The notes under the pieces: model-generated
Database searches by the model: none
What the model saw: the letters and a program-made list of their open reading frames with translations, nothing else
Told to the model about the DNA's origin: nothing
Shown here: piece after piece, positions 9,762 to 19,670 of the stretch
How the letters are laid out: the number at the start of each line of letters is the position of its first letter
Numbering within the stretch: the stretch's first letter is position 1
Origin: an uncultured Anaerolineaceae bacterium
GTDB taxonomy: Bacteria > Chloroflexota > Anaerolineae > Anaerolineales > E44-bin32
Assembly (NCBI GenBank): GCA_964492235.1
Contig: CAZBJQ010000002.1
Location: 1 to 56,370 of the forward strand
Direction: 5' to 3'
DNA: 56,370 nt
Position numbers and translations under genes: made by a program

Positions 9762-10241
9762 TTGGAGGTATCGCTGACCCCCAATGCCCAGCGTGTGCAG
9801 GATGCCCTGCGTGCCGGCGGTCTGACCTGCCGCGTGCAGGAGCTGCCGGCGAGCACACGTAGCGCCAAGGAGGCTGCCCAGGCCGTCGGATGCCGGGTGG
9901 GGCAGATCGCCAAGTCGCTGATCTTCCGAGGCAAGGAAAGCGGCAGACCGTACCTGGTGATCACCAGCGGCGCCAATCGGGTAAGCGAGACCCGCCTGGA
10001 GAGTCTGGTTTCCGAGCCAGTGGAGAAGGCTGACGCCGCCTTCGTGCGCCAGGCCACCGGGTTCCCTATCGGAGGCGTTCCACCTGTCGGCCACGCTCAC
10101 CCGATCGAGACGTTCGTTGACGAGGACTTGTTGCAGTATGACCAGATCTGGGCAGCAGCCGGAACGCCCAACGCGGTCTTCGAGTTGACTCCCGGAGATC
10201 TTGTCCGGGTCACAGCTGGGAAAGCGATTTCTGTAGTGTAA
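9762..10241 (+). CDS. YbaK/EbsC-type aminoacyl-tRNA deacylase domain protein
   Basis: SAKEAAQAVGCRVGQIAKSLIF..YLVITSGANRV and GFPIGGVPPVGH are present. Start taken as TTG 9762, 8 nt after AGGAG. The ORF is open from 9741. Confidence 0.8.
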   Translation: MEVSLTPNAQRVQDALRAGGLTCRVQELPASTRSAKEAAQAVGCRVGQIAKSLIFRGKESGRPYLVITSGANRVSETRLESLVSEPVEKADAAFVRQATGFPIGGVPPVGHAHPIETFVDEDLLQYDQIWAAAGTPNAVFELTPGDLVRVTAGKAISVV

Positions 10242-10343
10242 TTGCCGCGGTCTGGCCGGGTCATGCTTGCGTCCCGACCTGCGCATTGCGGATCAATCAC
10301 GAGCCGGGCCGTTCCGGTCCCGGCCGCGCTGAGGAGGGATCAC

Positions 10344-11183
10344 ATGCGGAGATTCAAGCGGATCCTGGCGGTCCTGGCGGTTGTGCTGTGCGTGGTCGGC
10401 ATTCTGCTGGCGGCCGCTGCAGTCATCGGTGTCTGGCGTGCAAACGGACCGTTGACGGATACGCTGGTCAAGACGGTCAGCGGGTTGGAGAAAGTGGTCG
10501 AAGGCATCGGCGCCGGTGTTGAGCGCCTGACCACCGGCCTGAACGCGGCGGAGGATGCGGTTCTGTACGTGGAGGACACGGTGACTGTTGCGGGGGAAAC
10601 GCTGGCCAAGACCAGTCCGGTCTTGGACCTGCTCTCCAAGGTCATCAGTGAGCAGCTCGTGCCGTCGGTCGCTTCCGCCCGCGAGACGGCGCGTTCCATC
10701 GGCGAGAGCACGTTGGCGGTGAACAGCGCCCTGGATGCGATGAACACGCTGCCCTTCGTTTCCGTCCCGACGCTTCCGCCCGAATTGATGTCCTTGGCGC
10801 AGACCATGACCGATCTCGAGAGTGAGGCGATGCGCGCGGCGCAGGAAGTCAAGGATATGAAGCTGTCTGCAGTCGAGAGTGTTGTGACTCTGGTGACTGA
10901 ACGCACCGGACGCATGCTGGCCCGGTTGAACACGGCGGAGGAAAAGGCCGACTCGGCTGCCGCCCGCCTGTCCGCCACCCAATCGGCGTTGGCCGAACTG
11001 CGCGCGCGGCTCCCGTTCTATCTCGACCTGGCCAGCGTGATCCTGACATTGGTGCTGGCCTGGTTGATCCTGGCCCAGGCCTGCCTGTTCTCACGGGCGT
11101 TGGCAACCTATCGATCCGCCGGTCCTGCTCTGGCTCCACCCCAGACCGAAGCCGCGCCTGTATCAGGTGAAACGAAGTCTTAG
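10344..11183 (+). CDS. Hypothetical membrane protein (N- and C-terminal TM helices, Ala/Leu/Glu-rich helical ectodomain)
   Basis: ATG 10344 (MRRFKRILAVLAVVLCVV) follows GAGGAGGG. No family was recognised. Confidence 0.55.
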   Translation: MRRFKRILAVLAVVLCVVGILLAAAAVIGVWRANGPLTDTLVKTVSGLEKVVEGIGAGVERLTTGLNAAEDAVLYVEDTVTVAGETLAKTSPVLDLLSKVISEQLVPSVASARETARSIGESTLAVNSALDAMNTLPFVSVPTLPPELMSLAQTMTDLESEAMRAAQEVKDMKLSAVESVVTLVTERTGRMLARLNTAEEKADSAAARLSATQSALAELRARLPFYLDLASVILTLVLAWLILAQACLFSRALATYRSAGPALAPPQTEAAPVSGETKS

Positions 11184-11700
11184 GCTTCCCCTGGGACGGC
11201 GGTGTCTGGCCTGCGTCGTGCTGCCTTCCGGCTGTGCTTAAATCGAGGAGGTCCAGCCAGATGCGGCCCCCCGGACACCTACTCTAGCAGGAGCGGACTG
11301 CCCTCCCCCCGGAGGCAGCGGTCGAGGCGAGGCGCTTCGATGTGTCCAAACAGTGCCTTGCGGCCGAGGTCACGCAGGAGCAGCGAACCCCGACGAGAGG
11401 CAACCAGGTCCCGATCTCTCTTAAACTGACCTTCGACCCGAGCTCCGCCGATTCCCGGAACACGACCTTCGTGCAAGCGTGCGTGGCGGGGGGACCGGGG
11501 TGACCACTGCCGATCAATCCCCTCGCGAATCTGGATGTCATCGGCGGGTGGCCGACCTCCGGGATGGAAGGGCTGGTCGGCGAGGTAGGATAGACCGGGC
11601 TAGCGAGACGGGAGCGTGCAAGGTGACATCCTCCGTGCGCGCTACCTGCCTGCCGGAGCCACGCATCCAGCCGCCCGAGGGATCCTGCCGCGAGGGATCA

Positions 11701-12381
11701 ATGGAAACAAGATCGGATTCGTTCTACCGCGATTGGATCGGTGCCAATGCCCTGGGCGAGATGTTTGGCCTTGGATTGACCTTTACCATCGGCTTCGTAA
11801 TCTTGAGCCGGGTGGGCGATCCGATCAGCTCTCCAGGCTGGCTTGCGCTACTGGGGGTCATGACGGCGACGGGAGCGGTCGAGGGAACCATCGTGGGGGT
11901 CGCCCAGTGGCGGGTCCTGCGGCGGAGGCTAGACGGCATCCGGCAGCGCGCATGGGTGGGTGCGACGATTGCCGGCGCGCTGCTGGCCTGGTTGATGGGT
12001 TCTCTGCCGAGCACCCTGCTGCAGGCCGGCGCCAGCCAGGCAGGGCAAACGGTCCCGGAGCCGGCGGCGTGGATGGTACTGCTGTTGGCTGCGGGCCTGG
12101 GCGCGGTGGCGGGCTTGGTGCTGGCATCTATCCAAGCCCTGGCGTTGCGCCCGCATGTCCTGCGCGCCTGGCTGTGGCTTCCGGCCAACGCCTTGGCATG
12201 GGCGATTGGCATGCCGACCATCTTCCTCGCCATCGACCCGGCACAGAGGGCGGGCCGAGGTCCGCTGGTTGTGGTCGTGATGGCCCTCGGGCTGGTTGCG
12301 GCCGGTGCGGCGGTGGGTGCAGTCCACGGCTGGATTCTGGTCCGCCTGGAGCTCAAGAGTGCAGCGAGGGGACGCCCGTAG
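11701..12381 (+). CDS. Hypothetical polytopic membrane protein with an internal duplication
   Basis: Starts METRSDSFYRDWIGANALGEMFGLGL. There are two similar halves (GAVEGTIVGVAQWRVLRRRL / GAVAGLVLASIQALALRPHVL). Third-codon-position GC looks high by eye. Confidence 0.55.
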   Translation: METRSDSFYRDWIGANALGEMFGLGLTFTIGFVILSRVGDPISSPGWLALLGVMTATGAVEGTIVGVAQWRVLRRRLDGIRQRAWVGATIAGALLAWLMGSLPSTLLQAGASQAGQTVPEPAAWMVLLLAAGLGAVAGLVLASIQALALRPHVLRAWLWLPANALAWAIGMPTIFLAIDPAQRAGRGPLVVVVMALGLVAAGAAVGAVHGWILVRLELKSAARGRP

Positions 12382-12474
12382 CCCGGGCCTTGTCCACCCC
12401 ACATCGTGATCTCTCCCATCGCCAGGGAGCCTTCGTGACGGCCTCGAGGCCCTACCCTCGCAGCCGACGCTGCG

Positions 12475-12699
12475 CTAGAACAGGCCTCGCATTACAAGCA
12501 GGAAGCCGAGGATCACCATCGGGATTCCCAGGATGGCGCCGATGATGGTGAAGCTCAGGATGACCCCCAGGGTCAAGAGAAGCACGCCGAGAAGCACGGC
12601 CAACAACCTGCCGGTTAATCTGACTACCCAGGCGATGAGATACCAGAAGGCAACAAACGGCCAGAGGATCCACGGTATGCTTCGGGTATCTGCTGTCAT
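12475..12699 (-). CDS. Small (74 aa) two-TM membrane protein
   Basis: ATG 12699 lies 6 nt after GGAGGG on the minus strand. The peptide MTADTRSIPWILWPFVAFWYLIAWVV...GFLLVMRGLF is strongly hydrophobic. Confidence 0.55.
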   Translation of the reverse strand: MTADTRSIPWILWPFVAFWYLIAWVVRLTGRLLAVLLGVLLLTLGVILSFTIIGAILGIPMVILGFLLVMRGLF

Positions 12700-13011
12700 G
12701 GTTCCCTCCTCGAACCTGTACGGATTCATACCACCATTCGTTGCACACATCCACCCTTCGGTCTGACGATGGGCTGACAGGCGGGCACTGGCCACGACGC
12801 CCGCCAGCGCGGTCCGCCGTGGCGCTTTCCTTCGACGAACGGCCCGGAAGGGGCGCCGCCGCTGAGCCGTCCCCGCGCCGCTCGCATGCCCCTGTCGTTT
12901 CTGCCGGACAAGTCGACGGGTTGACCTACAATGGTGGCGGAAGGAATCCAGGCCGGCGAGCGCAAGATGGGCCGCGCCTGGAGTGAGGGTTGTCAGATGG
13001 GTGGGACACGT

Positions 13012-13959
13012 ATGAAGGCCCCGGTAACGGCCCACATCTTCCTGCTGCGGGGAGGCCAGGTGCTGCTGCTCCGAAGATTCAACACTGGCTATGAGGATGG
13101 GAGGTACAGCGTCGTCGCCGGGCATTTGGATGTTGGCGAGACAGTCATCGAGGCGGCCATCCGAGAAGCGCGGGAGGAGGTGGGCGTGGAAATCCACCCC
13201 GATGACCTACGCCTCGTCGGTGTCATGCAGCGCAAGTCCAACGATGAGCGGATCGACTTCTTCCTGGCCGCCAGCGCCTGGTCCGGAGAGGCCGTGAATC
13301 AGGAGCCCGACAAGTGCGACGATCTCCGTTGGTGCCAGCTCGAGAGTCTGCCAGACAACACAATCCCGTATGTCCGCAAGGCGCTGGGCAACTTCCAGGC
13401 CGGCCGCTGGTTTGAGGTGTTCGGGTGGGAGAGGCCCGCGCTCGCCAGATATGACTCGCCCCGGAAGTCGAAATCCCGCCCGGTAGGTGTCGAGGTCGCT
13501 AGAGTCGATTCATCCGGGGCACAAGCGGAGGATCACTCCCTTGCCGAATGGACGCGGCTGCGGGCAGCTCTCTGGCCGGACTGCCCGGGACACCTACACG
13601 CCAAGGAAATCTCGGACCTCCTTGCCGATGCGGGCGAGAACGTCTGTTTCCTGGCCTGGTCGGTAGGAGGCGAGGCCGTCGGATTCGTCGAGGTCAGCCT
13701 GCGGCGCGACGCGCCCGGGTGCACCACCGGTCCGGTGGGGTATCTTGAGGGCTGGTACGTCTCACCCGGCTGGCGCAGGCAGGGTGTAGGGACGGCCCTG
13801 GTGGAGGCGGCGGAATCCTGGGCCCGATCCAGAGCAGCCCGGGAGATGGCCTCCGATACCCAGGTTGACAACACGACCAGCTGGCTGTCTCACCGACAGC
13901 TCGGCTATCAGGAAGTCGAGAGGGCCGTCCACTTCTGCAAGCGCCTCAATCCTACTTGA
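13012..13959 (+). CDS. Fusion protein: N-terminal Nudix hydrolase plus C-terminal AAC(6')-I-type aminoglycoside N-acetyltransferase (GNAT)
   Basis: A perfect Nudix box is present (GHLDVGETVIEAAIREAREEVGV). The C-terminal half carries the AAC(6')-I pattern EWTRLRAALWP..GFVEVSLRRD..GYLEGWYVSPGWRRQGVGTALV..EMASDTQVDNTTSWLSHRQLGY..FCKRL. There is no stop between the halves and no in-frame ATG/GTG/TTG in the roughly 40-codon linker. The start is uncertain (ATG 13012, 12997 or 12967). Confidence 0.8.
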   Translation: MKAPVTAHIFLLRGGQVLLLRRFNTGYEDGRYSVVAGHLDVGETVIEAAIREAREEVGVEIHPDDLRLVGVMQRKSNDERIDFFLAASAWSGEAVNQEPDKCDDLRWCQLESLPDNTIPYVRKALGNFQAGRWFEVFGWERPALARYDSPRKSKSRPVGVEVARVDSSGAQAEDHSLAEWTRLRAALWPDCPGHLHAKEISDLLADAGENVCFLAWSVGGEAVGFVEVSLRRDAPGCTTGPVGYLEGWYVSPGWRRQGVGTALVEAAESWARSRAAREMASDTQVDNTTSWLSHRQLGYQEVERAVHFCKRLNPT

Positions 13960-14580
13960 CTGATCCGGACCTTTGGCCAGGAGAAGGCCGTTGGTGTCGC
14001 AAAGGGGGGAGCGCAACTCGGGCCTGAGGCGCTGCACCAGGAGGCTGACAGACAAGCCATGCCGCCTGAAAGCAACTGGGACATGAGGTGGTTGGGGGGT
14101 AGTGCCAACCCCTCATGCGCGGTCCTCCTCTCTGAGAAAGGCAATCCTCATCAGCCTGCTAGGCTTGGCCACCCTCTCGCCTGCGAGACGGCGTGATCGA
14201 TCGCTTCATCCCCGGAGCGATGATCCGGCTGGGCGGGTTCTTGCCAGATGTGGCCCGCCAACACACGGTTGACGGTCGATGTCGGGAAGGTGCTGACTTC
14301 GAGCCCGCCGGCAAAAGCCCCGAGTCAGGTGACTTTCCCGCCCCGGGCAGGAGCGGCCCCCAGGTGATGCGGTCCCTGCCACAAAGGGAAAGGGCCTCAG
14401 GCAGCATGTCGCCGAGCTCCTTGCGGACATGTCATTTGCGCCAGTGGAGGAGCGTGCGCCGACCCGGCGGCGGTCCCGGGCCGCCTCGACCAAGCGGACC
14501 GGTCGCAAACGCCGGTCTTGCGCGACAATGGACCCGTCATCTTGAGCTCAAACCGGACCCCGTGCAAGGAGCCCTGCAGC

Positions 14581-15147
14581 GTGAAGATCGGTAAGAGCAT
14601 TGCCCCGAGGGGGCGCACGTCCTGGCGCAGGTGGTTGGAGAAGAACCATGCGTCCCGGTCCGAGATTTGGGTCGTTTTCTTCAGGATGGGCTCGGGCAAG
14701 CAGGGCCTGGCATTGGATGCCGCCGTAGAAGAAGCCCTTTGCTTCGGCTGGATCGACGGCATCCTGAAGAAGCTGGATGACGAGAGATACGCCCTTCGGT
14801 TTTCTCCCAGGCGCCCCGGCAGCAACTGGGCGGCGAGCAACATCCAGCGGGCAAGGAGACTGACCGCCGAGGGCCGGATGACCGAAGCCGGTTTGGCCAT
14901 GATGGACCCGCGAATCCTGCAGGACGAGTCATCATCCCGCCAGTACCAGACCAAACTGTCGCCCAATCTCGAGAGCGATCTCAAGCGGAATAAGCCGGCG
15001 TGGGAGACGTTCCAGCGCCTGGCTCCGTCGCACCAGCGCCAGTACATCGGCTGGATCATGGATGCCAAGAGAGAAGAGACACGTCGGCGGCGGCTGCAGG
15101 AAGCGATCTCGAAGCTCGAGAAGGGTAAGCCGCTTGGGGTGAAGTAG
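14581..15147 (+). CDS. YdeI/OmpD-associated family protein
   Basis: WRRWLEKNH..EIWVVFF..EEALCFGWIDGILKKLDDERYALRFSPRRPGSNW and the C-terminal SHQRQYIGWIMDAKREETRRRRL are present. The start is uncertain (GTG 14581 or TTG 14518). Confidence 0.75.
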   Translation: MKIGKSIAPRGRTSWRRWLEKNHASRSEIWVVFFRMGSGKQGLALDAAVEEALCFGWIDGILKKLDDERYALRFSPRRPGSNWAASNIQRARRLTAEGRMTEAGLAMMDPRILQDESSSRQYQTKLSPNLESDLKRNKPAWETFQRLAPSHQRQYIGWIMDAKREETRRRRLQEAISKLEKGKPLGVK

Positions 15148-15226
15148 GGCGAAACCTGGGCGATGCAGCCGGCCGGGCGCCGGAGTGGGTGAGAGCACAG
15201 GCAGCTGTGATCGAGGAGGGCGGGGG

Positions 15227-15526
15227 ATGAAGTGGATCGCGCTGGAAACGGAAGTTCCGCAAGCAGGGGAGGTGGTGTCCGAGGCGGTGTTGCAGGCGGA
15301 GGCCCGATTTGTGTGGGACCTGTACCTGGCCGGGATTGTGCGCGAGGCCTACTTCGACGCCAACCGGCACACGGCTGTCCTCGTGCTCGAGTGCAAAGAC
15401 GAGGTGGAGGCGAGCGATCACCTTTCGAGGCTGCCGCTCGTCTCGGCGGGCCACATCCGTTTCGAGCTATTGCCTGTGGTCCCCTATCCTGGGTTTGGGC
15501 GCCTGTTCTCGGAAGAATGGCGCTGA
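15227..15526 (+). CDS. Muconolactone-isomerase-like (dimeric alpha/beta-barrel) family protein
   Basis: ATG 15227 follows GAGGAGGG. The protein is 99 aa with the pattern VWDLYLAGIVREAYF..AVLVLEC..EVEA..LSRLPLVSAGHIRFELLPVVPY. Confidence 0.6.
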   Translation: MKWIALETEVPQAGEVVSEAVLQAEARFVWDLYLAGIVREAYFDANRHTAVLVLECKDEVEASDHLSRLPLVSAGHIRFELLPVVPYPGFGRLFSEEWR

Positions 15527-15674
15527 GGCAAGGGGGGTCGATTGCCGACGTCATCCGTCCAACCCGGCCTTGCCCCCCCCGCAACCATTGACGGACTGAC
15601 AGAATGAGGAGGAAACCGCGGTTGGCGGTTCCCAAGCCGAGCGAGGGAAGGCAGATGCGCATCGAGGGAAAGAG

Positions 15675-16166
15675 ATGGATGAGCGTTTGATTCGGGCTGA
15701 GGTGACACTCGAAGCCCCGATCCTCGACGTTTGGAAGGCGTGGACAACGAAGGAGGGAGTGACCTCGTTCTTTGGCCCGGCATGCAATCTAGATCTTCGC
15801 CCGGGTGGCAAGTACGAGGTCTTGTTCGACCTGGATGTGCCGGCGGGGGATCGGGGAGGGGAAGGGGTGATCGTGCTGGCCGTCCAGGAGCCGACCCTGC
15901 TCTCGCTCACCTGGAATGCGCCGCCTGAGCTGCCCGAAGTGCGTGGGCAGAAGACCCACATCGTCGTCAGACTACGGGAACTGCAGCCAGAGCGAACGCA
16001 AGTCAGTCTCACGCATGACGGCTGGGGGCAGGGCGGAGAGTGGGACGAAGCCTTCGCTTACTTTAAGCGGGCATGGAGGAGAGTCGTTCTCCCATGCCTG
16101 AAGTACCGCTTCGCTGTCGGCCCGGTGGACTGGGCGCATCGCCCGGACCTCGCCGCCTATCAATGA
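15675..16166 (+). CDS. SRPBCC superfamily protein (AHSA1/START-like)
   Basis: The string IRAEVTLEAPILDVWKAWTTKEGVTSFFG..PGGKYEV..THDGWG..W resembles AHSA1-domain proteins. Confidence 0.75.
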   Translation: MDERLIRAEVTLEAPILDVWKAWTTKEGVTSFFGPACNLDLRPGGKYEVLFDLDVPAGDRGGEGVIVLAVQEPTLLSLTWNAPPELPEVRGQKTHIVVRLRELQPERTQVSLTHDGWGQGGEWDEAFAYFKRAWRRVVLPCLKYRFAVGPVDWAHRPDLAAYQ

Positions 16167-16212
16167 CCGCGGCTGTGGACGGGTCCGAGGGCTGGGCCAT
16201 CCCGATAGGATC

Positions 16213-17475
16213 ATGAGTCCGGCCAAGCGTATCGTCTTACTGACCTACGGGACACGGGGCGACGTGGAGCCGTTCCTTGCGCTCGCCGGTGGATTGCTGC
16301 GGGAGGGCTTTCGGGTGCGCCTCGCCGGCCCGGCGCGCTACGAATCGCTGGCGGCCTCGCGTGGTGTGGAATACGCCGGGCTGGTGGGCGATCCGCAGGC
16401 CATCGCCGTCGGCCTCTCCCAGCGTGCCGGGCTGAACGGGATTCGTATGTTCCGGTTCATGTCCTCATACTTGTACCCGCTCGCGTATTCCGTGTTTCAG
16501 CAATGCATCGAGGCTGCCGGCGACGCTTCGGCGATCGTGCATTCCTTCCTGATGACCTACGCCGGGCATCATATCGCCGCCGATCTCGGGATCCCTGACA
16601 TCTCGGCCCAGTTCTTCCCGGCCTTCTGGCCAACGGCAAAGTACCCGGCACCCGTCTTCCCTGACTGGCGTCTCGGGCCTGCCTACCGACGGCTGACGCA
16701 TCACGTCGTTACGCAAGCCTTCCGCTGGGGGAGCCGGGTGATGTACTGGCGCCTGCGACGAGCCCATCCGGACTTGCCCCGCCTGAACGAGTGGTCGTTG
16801 GACCCGTCGGGGCGGACGCGACTGCCGCTGCTTATGGCCTATAGTCGGCACGTCCTGCCGCCTCCCGAAGCCTGCCCCGAAGCGCGCGTGACGGGCTACT
16901 GGTTTCTGGACCATCCCGACGACTTGGCGCCTCCCATCGGGCTGCGCCAATTCCTGGACTCGGGACCGCCGCCGGTGTTCATCGGCTTCGGCAGCATGAC
17001 GACCACCAGGCAGCAACAAGTGCTCCGGGCTTGCCTGCAGGCTGTGGAGATGTCAGGCGTGCGGGCGGTCCTCAGCCTGGACGGTCTTTCCAGGTCGCAG
17101 GATGATCTGCCGAGGTCCGTGCTTCCGATCGGCGATGTGCCGCACAGTTGGACGTTCCCCCGGATGGCCGCCATCGTCCACCACGGTGGCGCCGGGACAA
17201 CCGGCAACGCTCTGCGCGCCGGCCTCCCAAGCGTCGTCGTACCCTTCACGGCTGACCAGGCTTTCTGGGGGAGACGGGTCGCGCTGCTGGGTGCTGGACC
17301 GCCGCCTATAGGCGTGGGTGAGTTGCGGGCAGAGAACCTAGCGCAGGCACTGCGCCAGGCCCTAACGGATCCCGCGATGCGGGCGCGGGCGGCGGACCTC
17401 GGGGAGCGAATCCGCCTCGAGCGTGGCGTTGAACAGGCGGTTCTGCAGATCTGTGAAGTGGCCGGGCCCCGCTGA
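16213..17475 (+). CDS. GT1 family UDP-glycosyltransferase (MGT/sterol-glucosyltransferase-like)
   Basis: The N-terminus is IVLLTYGTRGDVEPFLALAGGL. The C-terminal donor motif is HHGGAGTTGNALRAGLPSVVVPFTADQAFWG. Confidence 0.85.
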   Translation: MSPAKRIVLLTYGTRGDVEPFLALAGGLLREGFRVRLAGPARYESLAASRGVEYAGLVGDPQAIAVGLSQRAGLNGIRMFRFMSSYLYPLAYSVFQQCIEAAGDASAIVHSFLMTYAGHHIAADLGIPDISAQFFPAFWPTAKYPAPVFPDWRLGPAYRRLTHHVVTQAFRWGSRVMYWRLRRAHPDLPRLNEWSLDPSGRTRLPLLMAYSRHVLPPPEACPEARVTGYWFLDHPDDLAPPIGLRQFLDSGPPPVFIGFGSMTTTRQQQVLRACLQAVEMSGVRAVLSLDGLSRSQDDLPRSVLPIGDVPHSWTFPRMAAIVHHGGAGTTGNALRAGLPSVVVPFTADQAFWGRRVALLGAGPPPIGVGELRAENLAQALRQALTDPAMRARAADLGERIRLERGVEQAVLQICEVAGPR

Positions 17476-17511
17476 CCAGCGCCTGAGTCCCACTGGGACA
17501 AGCTCAGCTCA

Positions 17512-17535
17512 CCCTGGGGAGAGTTTCCCCCAGGG
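17512..17535 (+). terminator. Stem-loop downstream of the GT1 gene (possible terminator, no U-tract)
   Basis: CCCTGGGG (17512-17519) pairs with CCCCAGGG (17528-17535) across an 8-nt loop. Confidence 0.3.
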
Positions 17536-17604
17536 GCTTGGCGGAGGCTCACATGACCCTGAGCCGCTGATGTGACAAACTCCTTCCGTGTAGCGAGGCG
17601 GGTG

Positions 17605-18066
17605 ATGATGACGACGAAGAAGGCAATCGACGAGTTTCTCAAGCAGCCGGCGCTGGCGGTTGTTGGCGTGTCTCGAGGAGGCAAGAAGTTTGGCAGCGTC
17701 GCCTATCGGGAGCTCAAGTCGAAGGGATACCGGGTCTACCCCGTGCATCCCCAGGCGGCGACGATCGATGGCGACAAGGCCTACCCCAACCTCGGCGCCT
17801 TGCCGGAACCTGTGGGCGGCGTGCTCATCGTAGTGCCGCCGACAGAGACTGAGAAGGTTGTGCGTGACATCGAGCGCGCGCACATTGGCCGGGTGTGGAT
17901 GCAGCCGGGTGCCCAATCGGAGGAAGCCGTCCGCTTCTGCGAGGTGCACGGGATCGAACACGTAGAGGGTGAGTGCATCCTGATGCACGCCAGCCCCCTT
18001 GGCTTCGCGCATCGCCTGCACCACTGGGTGTGGGGTGCGTTGGGCAGGTTGCCAGGGGAGGTCTAA
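17605..18066 (+). CDS. CoA-binding domain protein (YccU/YneT family)
   Basis: LAVVGVSRGGKKFGSVAYRELKSKGYRVYPVHP...AYPNLGALPEPVGGVLIVVPP..VWMQPGAQSEEA are present. Start taken as ATG 17605. Confidence 0.85.
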   Translation: MMTTKKAIDEFLKQPALAVVGVSRGGKKFGSVAYRELKSKGYRVYPVHPQAATIDGDKAYPNLGALPEPVGGVLIVVPPTETEKVVRDIERAHIGRVWMQPGAQSEEAVRFCEVHGIEHVEGECILMHASPLGFAHRLHHWVWGALGRLPGEV

Positions 18067-18672
18067 CCGGGCCGCGGCCAGCATCGGCTTGAGCCGGGCT
18101 GTCATCTGCCGGAAAGGATCCGTGGTTCTGTCCTGGGTCCACCCGGGCGACCAAGCATCAGAATCCTACGGTCCAGGCTGGATGAGGCGGCCCATCCGAT
18201 GGCGATGACGAACGTCATCGTGCGTTTCGATCTCGACTCCTCCAGCACCCCGGATCCTGCGCGGCAGGCCTTCAGGGCTGTCGGTTCCATGTTGGGTGGG
18301 CGTGCCAGGCTGGATACGCAAGTATCTCCTGCTTGCGGCGGTAGGCCGCTCGGCCGGCAGGGTCCATCTCTGGCAGGACTGGGGGACGACGGAGGCCCCT
18401 TTCATAGAGCCGTGGATTGAATCCGTCCTCGGTGAAGGCGGCACCGGCCGTTGGTACCCTGCTTCGCGTGCGGGGGGGGTGGACGACAGCCACAGCATTG
18501 AGATCCTGCGCCACGGTGGAACCGTCGGGGTTCCACAGGGGAGCGCCACCTTGACTCCGACCGGAATGGGCCCGGATCCTCCTCCGGCGGCTCGTTTTCG
18601 GATAGACTTCATCCTAGATGGTCGGCGGGCCAGCGACGGGGAGGTCCGGCCGGGGCCGACAGGGAGGATTGG

Positions 18673-19347
18673 GTGGGGACCGAGACGGAGTTCTTCGAGT
18701 GCATCCAGCTTGGCGACAGGTCGGCAATGGAAAAGATGCTCGAGGCCGACCCTAGCCTGGCGCGCTTTCGGAACGCGTCCGGCCTCTCGCCCTTGATGCT
18801 GGCCCTGTACTACCGCCGGCCCGCGATCGCCGATCTGCTCCGGCATTGTGTGAGCGACCTCGACATCTTTGAGGCCAGTGCCTCGGGAGATAGCGAGCGA
18901 GTGCGGCATCTCCTCCAACAGGACCCTGATCTGACGAATGCCACCGCAGCCGACGGCTTCCAGCCGCTGGGTCTGGCGTGTTTCTTCGGCCGGGAGCAGG
19001 TGGTCGAAGTGCTGCTGGCCGGCGGGGCGCAGGTGAACAGTCCGTCGCGCAATATGCAGCAGGTGATGCCGCTGCATTCCGCCGTCGCCTCCCGTCAGTT
19101 CAGAATCGCCCGGAAGCTGATAGCTGCCGGCGCCAATGTGAACGCGGCTCAGGCGGATGGCTTCACTCCGTTGCATGGTGCGGCCCAACATGGCGATCGT
19201 GAGCTGGTCGAGCTACTTCTGGCCGGGGGCGCGGATCGTTCGGTTGCTGCGGCAGATGGGCAGACGGCAGAAGCGATTGCGTCGGCGTGCGGCCACACGG
19301 CCATCGCCCAGATGCTCGCGCCAACCGCCGGGAGACAAGAAGCTTGA
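18673..19347 (+). CDS. Ankyrin-repeat protein
   Basis: Repeated G-(F)TPLH..A...G...v..LL..GA modules are present, for example DGFTPLHGAAQHGDRELVELLLAGGAD. GTG start. Confidence 0.85.
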   Translation: MGTETEFFECIQLGDRSAMEKMLEADPSLARFRNASGLSPLMLALYYRRPAIADLLRHCVSDLDIFEASASGDSERVRHLLQQDPDLTNATAADGFQPLGLACFFGREQVVEVLLAGGAQVNSPSRNMQQVMPLHSAVASRQFRIARKLIAAGANVNAAQADGFTPLHGAAQHGDRELVELLLAGGADRSVAAADGQTAEAIASACGHTAIAQMLAPTAGRQEA

Positions 19348-19670
19348 GGCCAGTGTCGACGGAGCGGGGCCAGCTTCAGAGCATGCTCGCCGATTCGGAG
19401 GCCTTCAAACAGCGACCATTGCGGAGGCACATAGTAGAGACGACGAGCGGAAGCGGGAAGCACCGACGATTCGGCACTGGCCCCTCATCGGATGGGCGCA
19501 TCGCCGATGGCCCGCCGAAGGCCGGCGATCCTGGGGCTGGAGGCTATGCCCTTCCTCCATTATGATGCAGGCACAGCCCAATGACCAAGTATGCCAGCTG
19601 CTCCTGTCCAGGCTCTCCACAGCGCTAGGACATGGCGGTCCGATTCTCCTGGAGGCGATCACCAGCACCC

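Noticed and set aside
14397-15662. 421-aa minus-strand ORF
   Set aside because: It lies antisense to the YdeI-family and muconolactone-isomerase-like genes. Its composition is low-complexity and rich in Arg, Pro, Ser and Ala, and no domain was recognised.
18166-19191. 341-aa minus-strand ORF
   Set aside because: It mostly lies antisense to the ankyrin-repeat gene, whose repeat signature is unambiguous. Only its 3' part (18166-18660) is unexplained, and that is reported separately.
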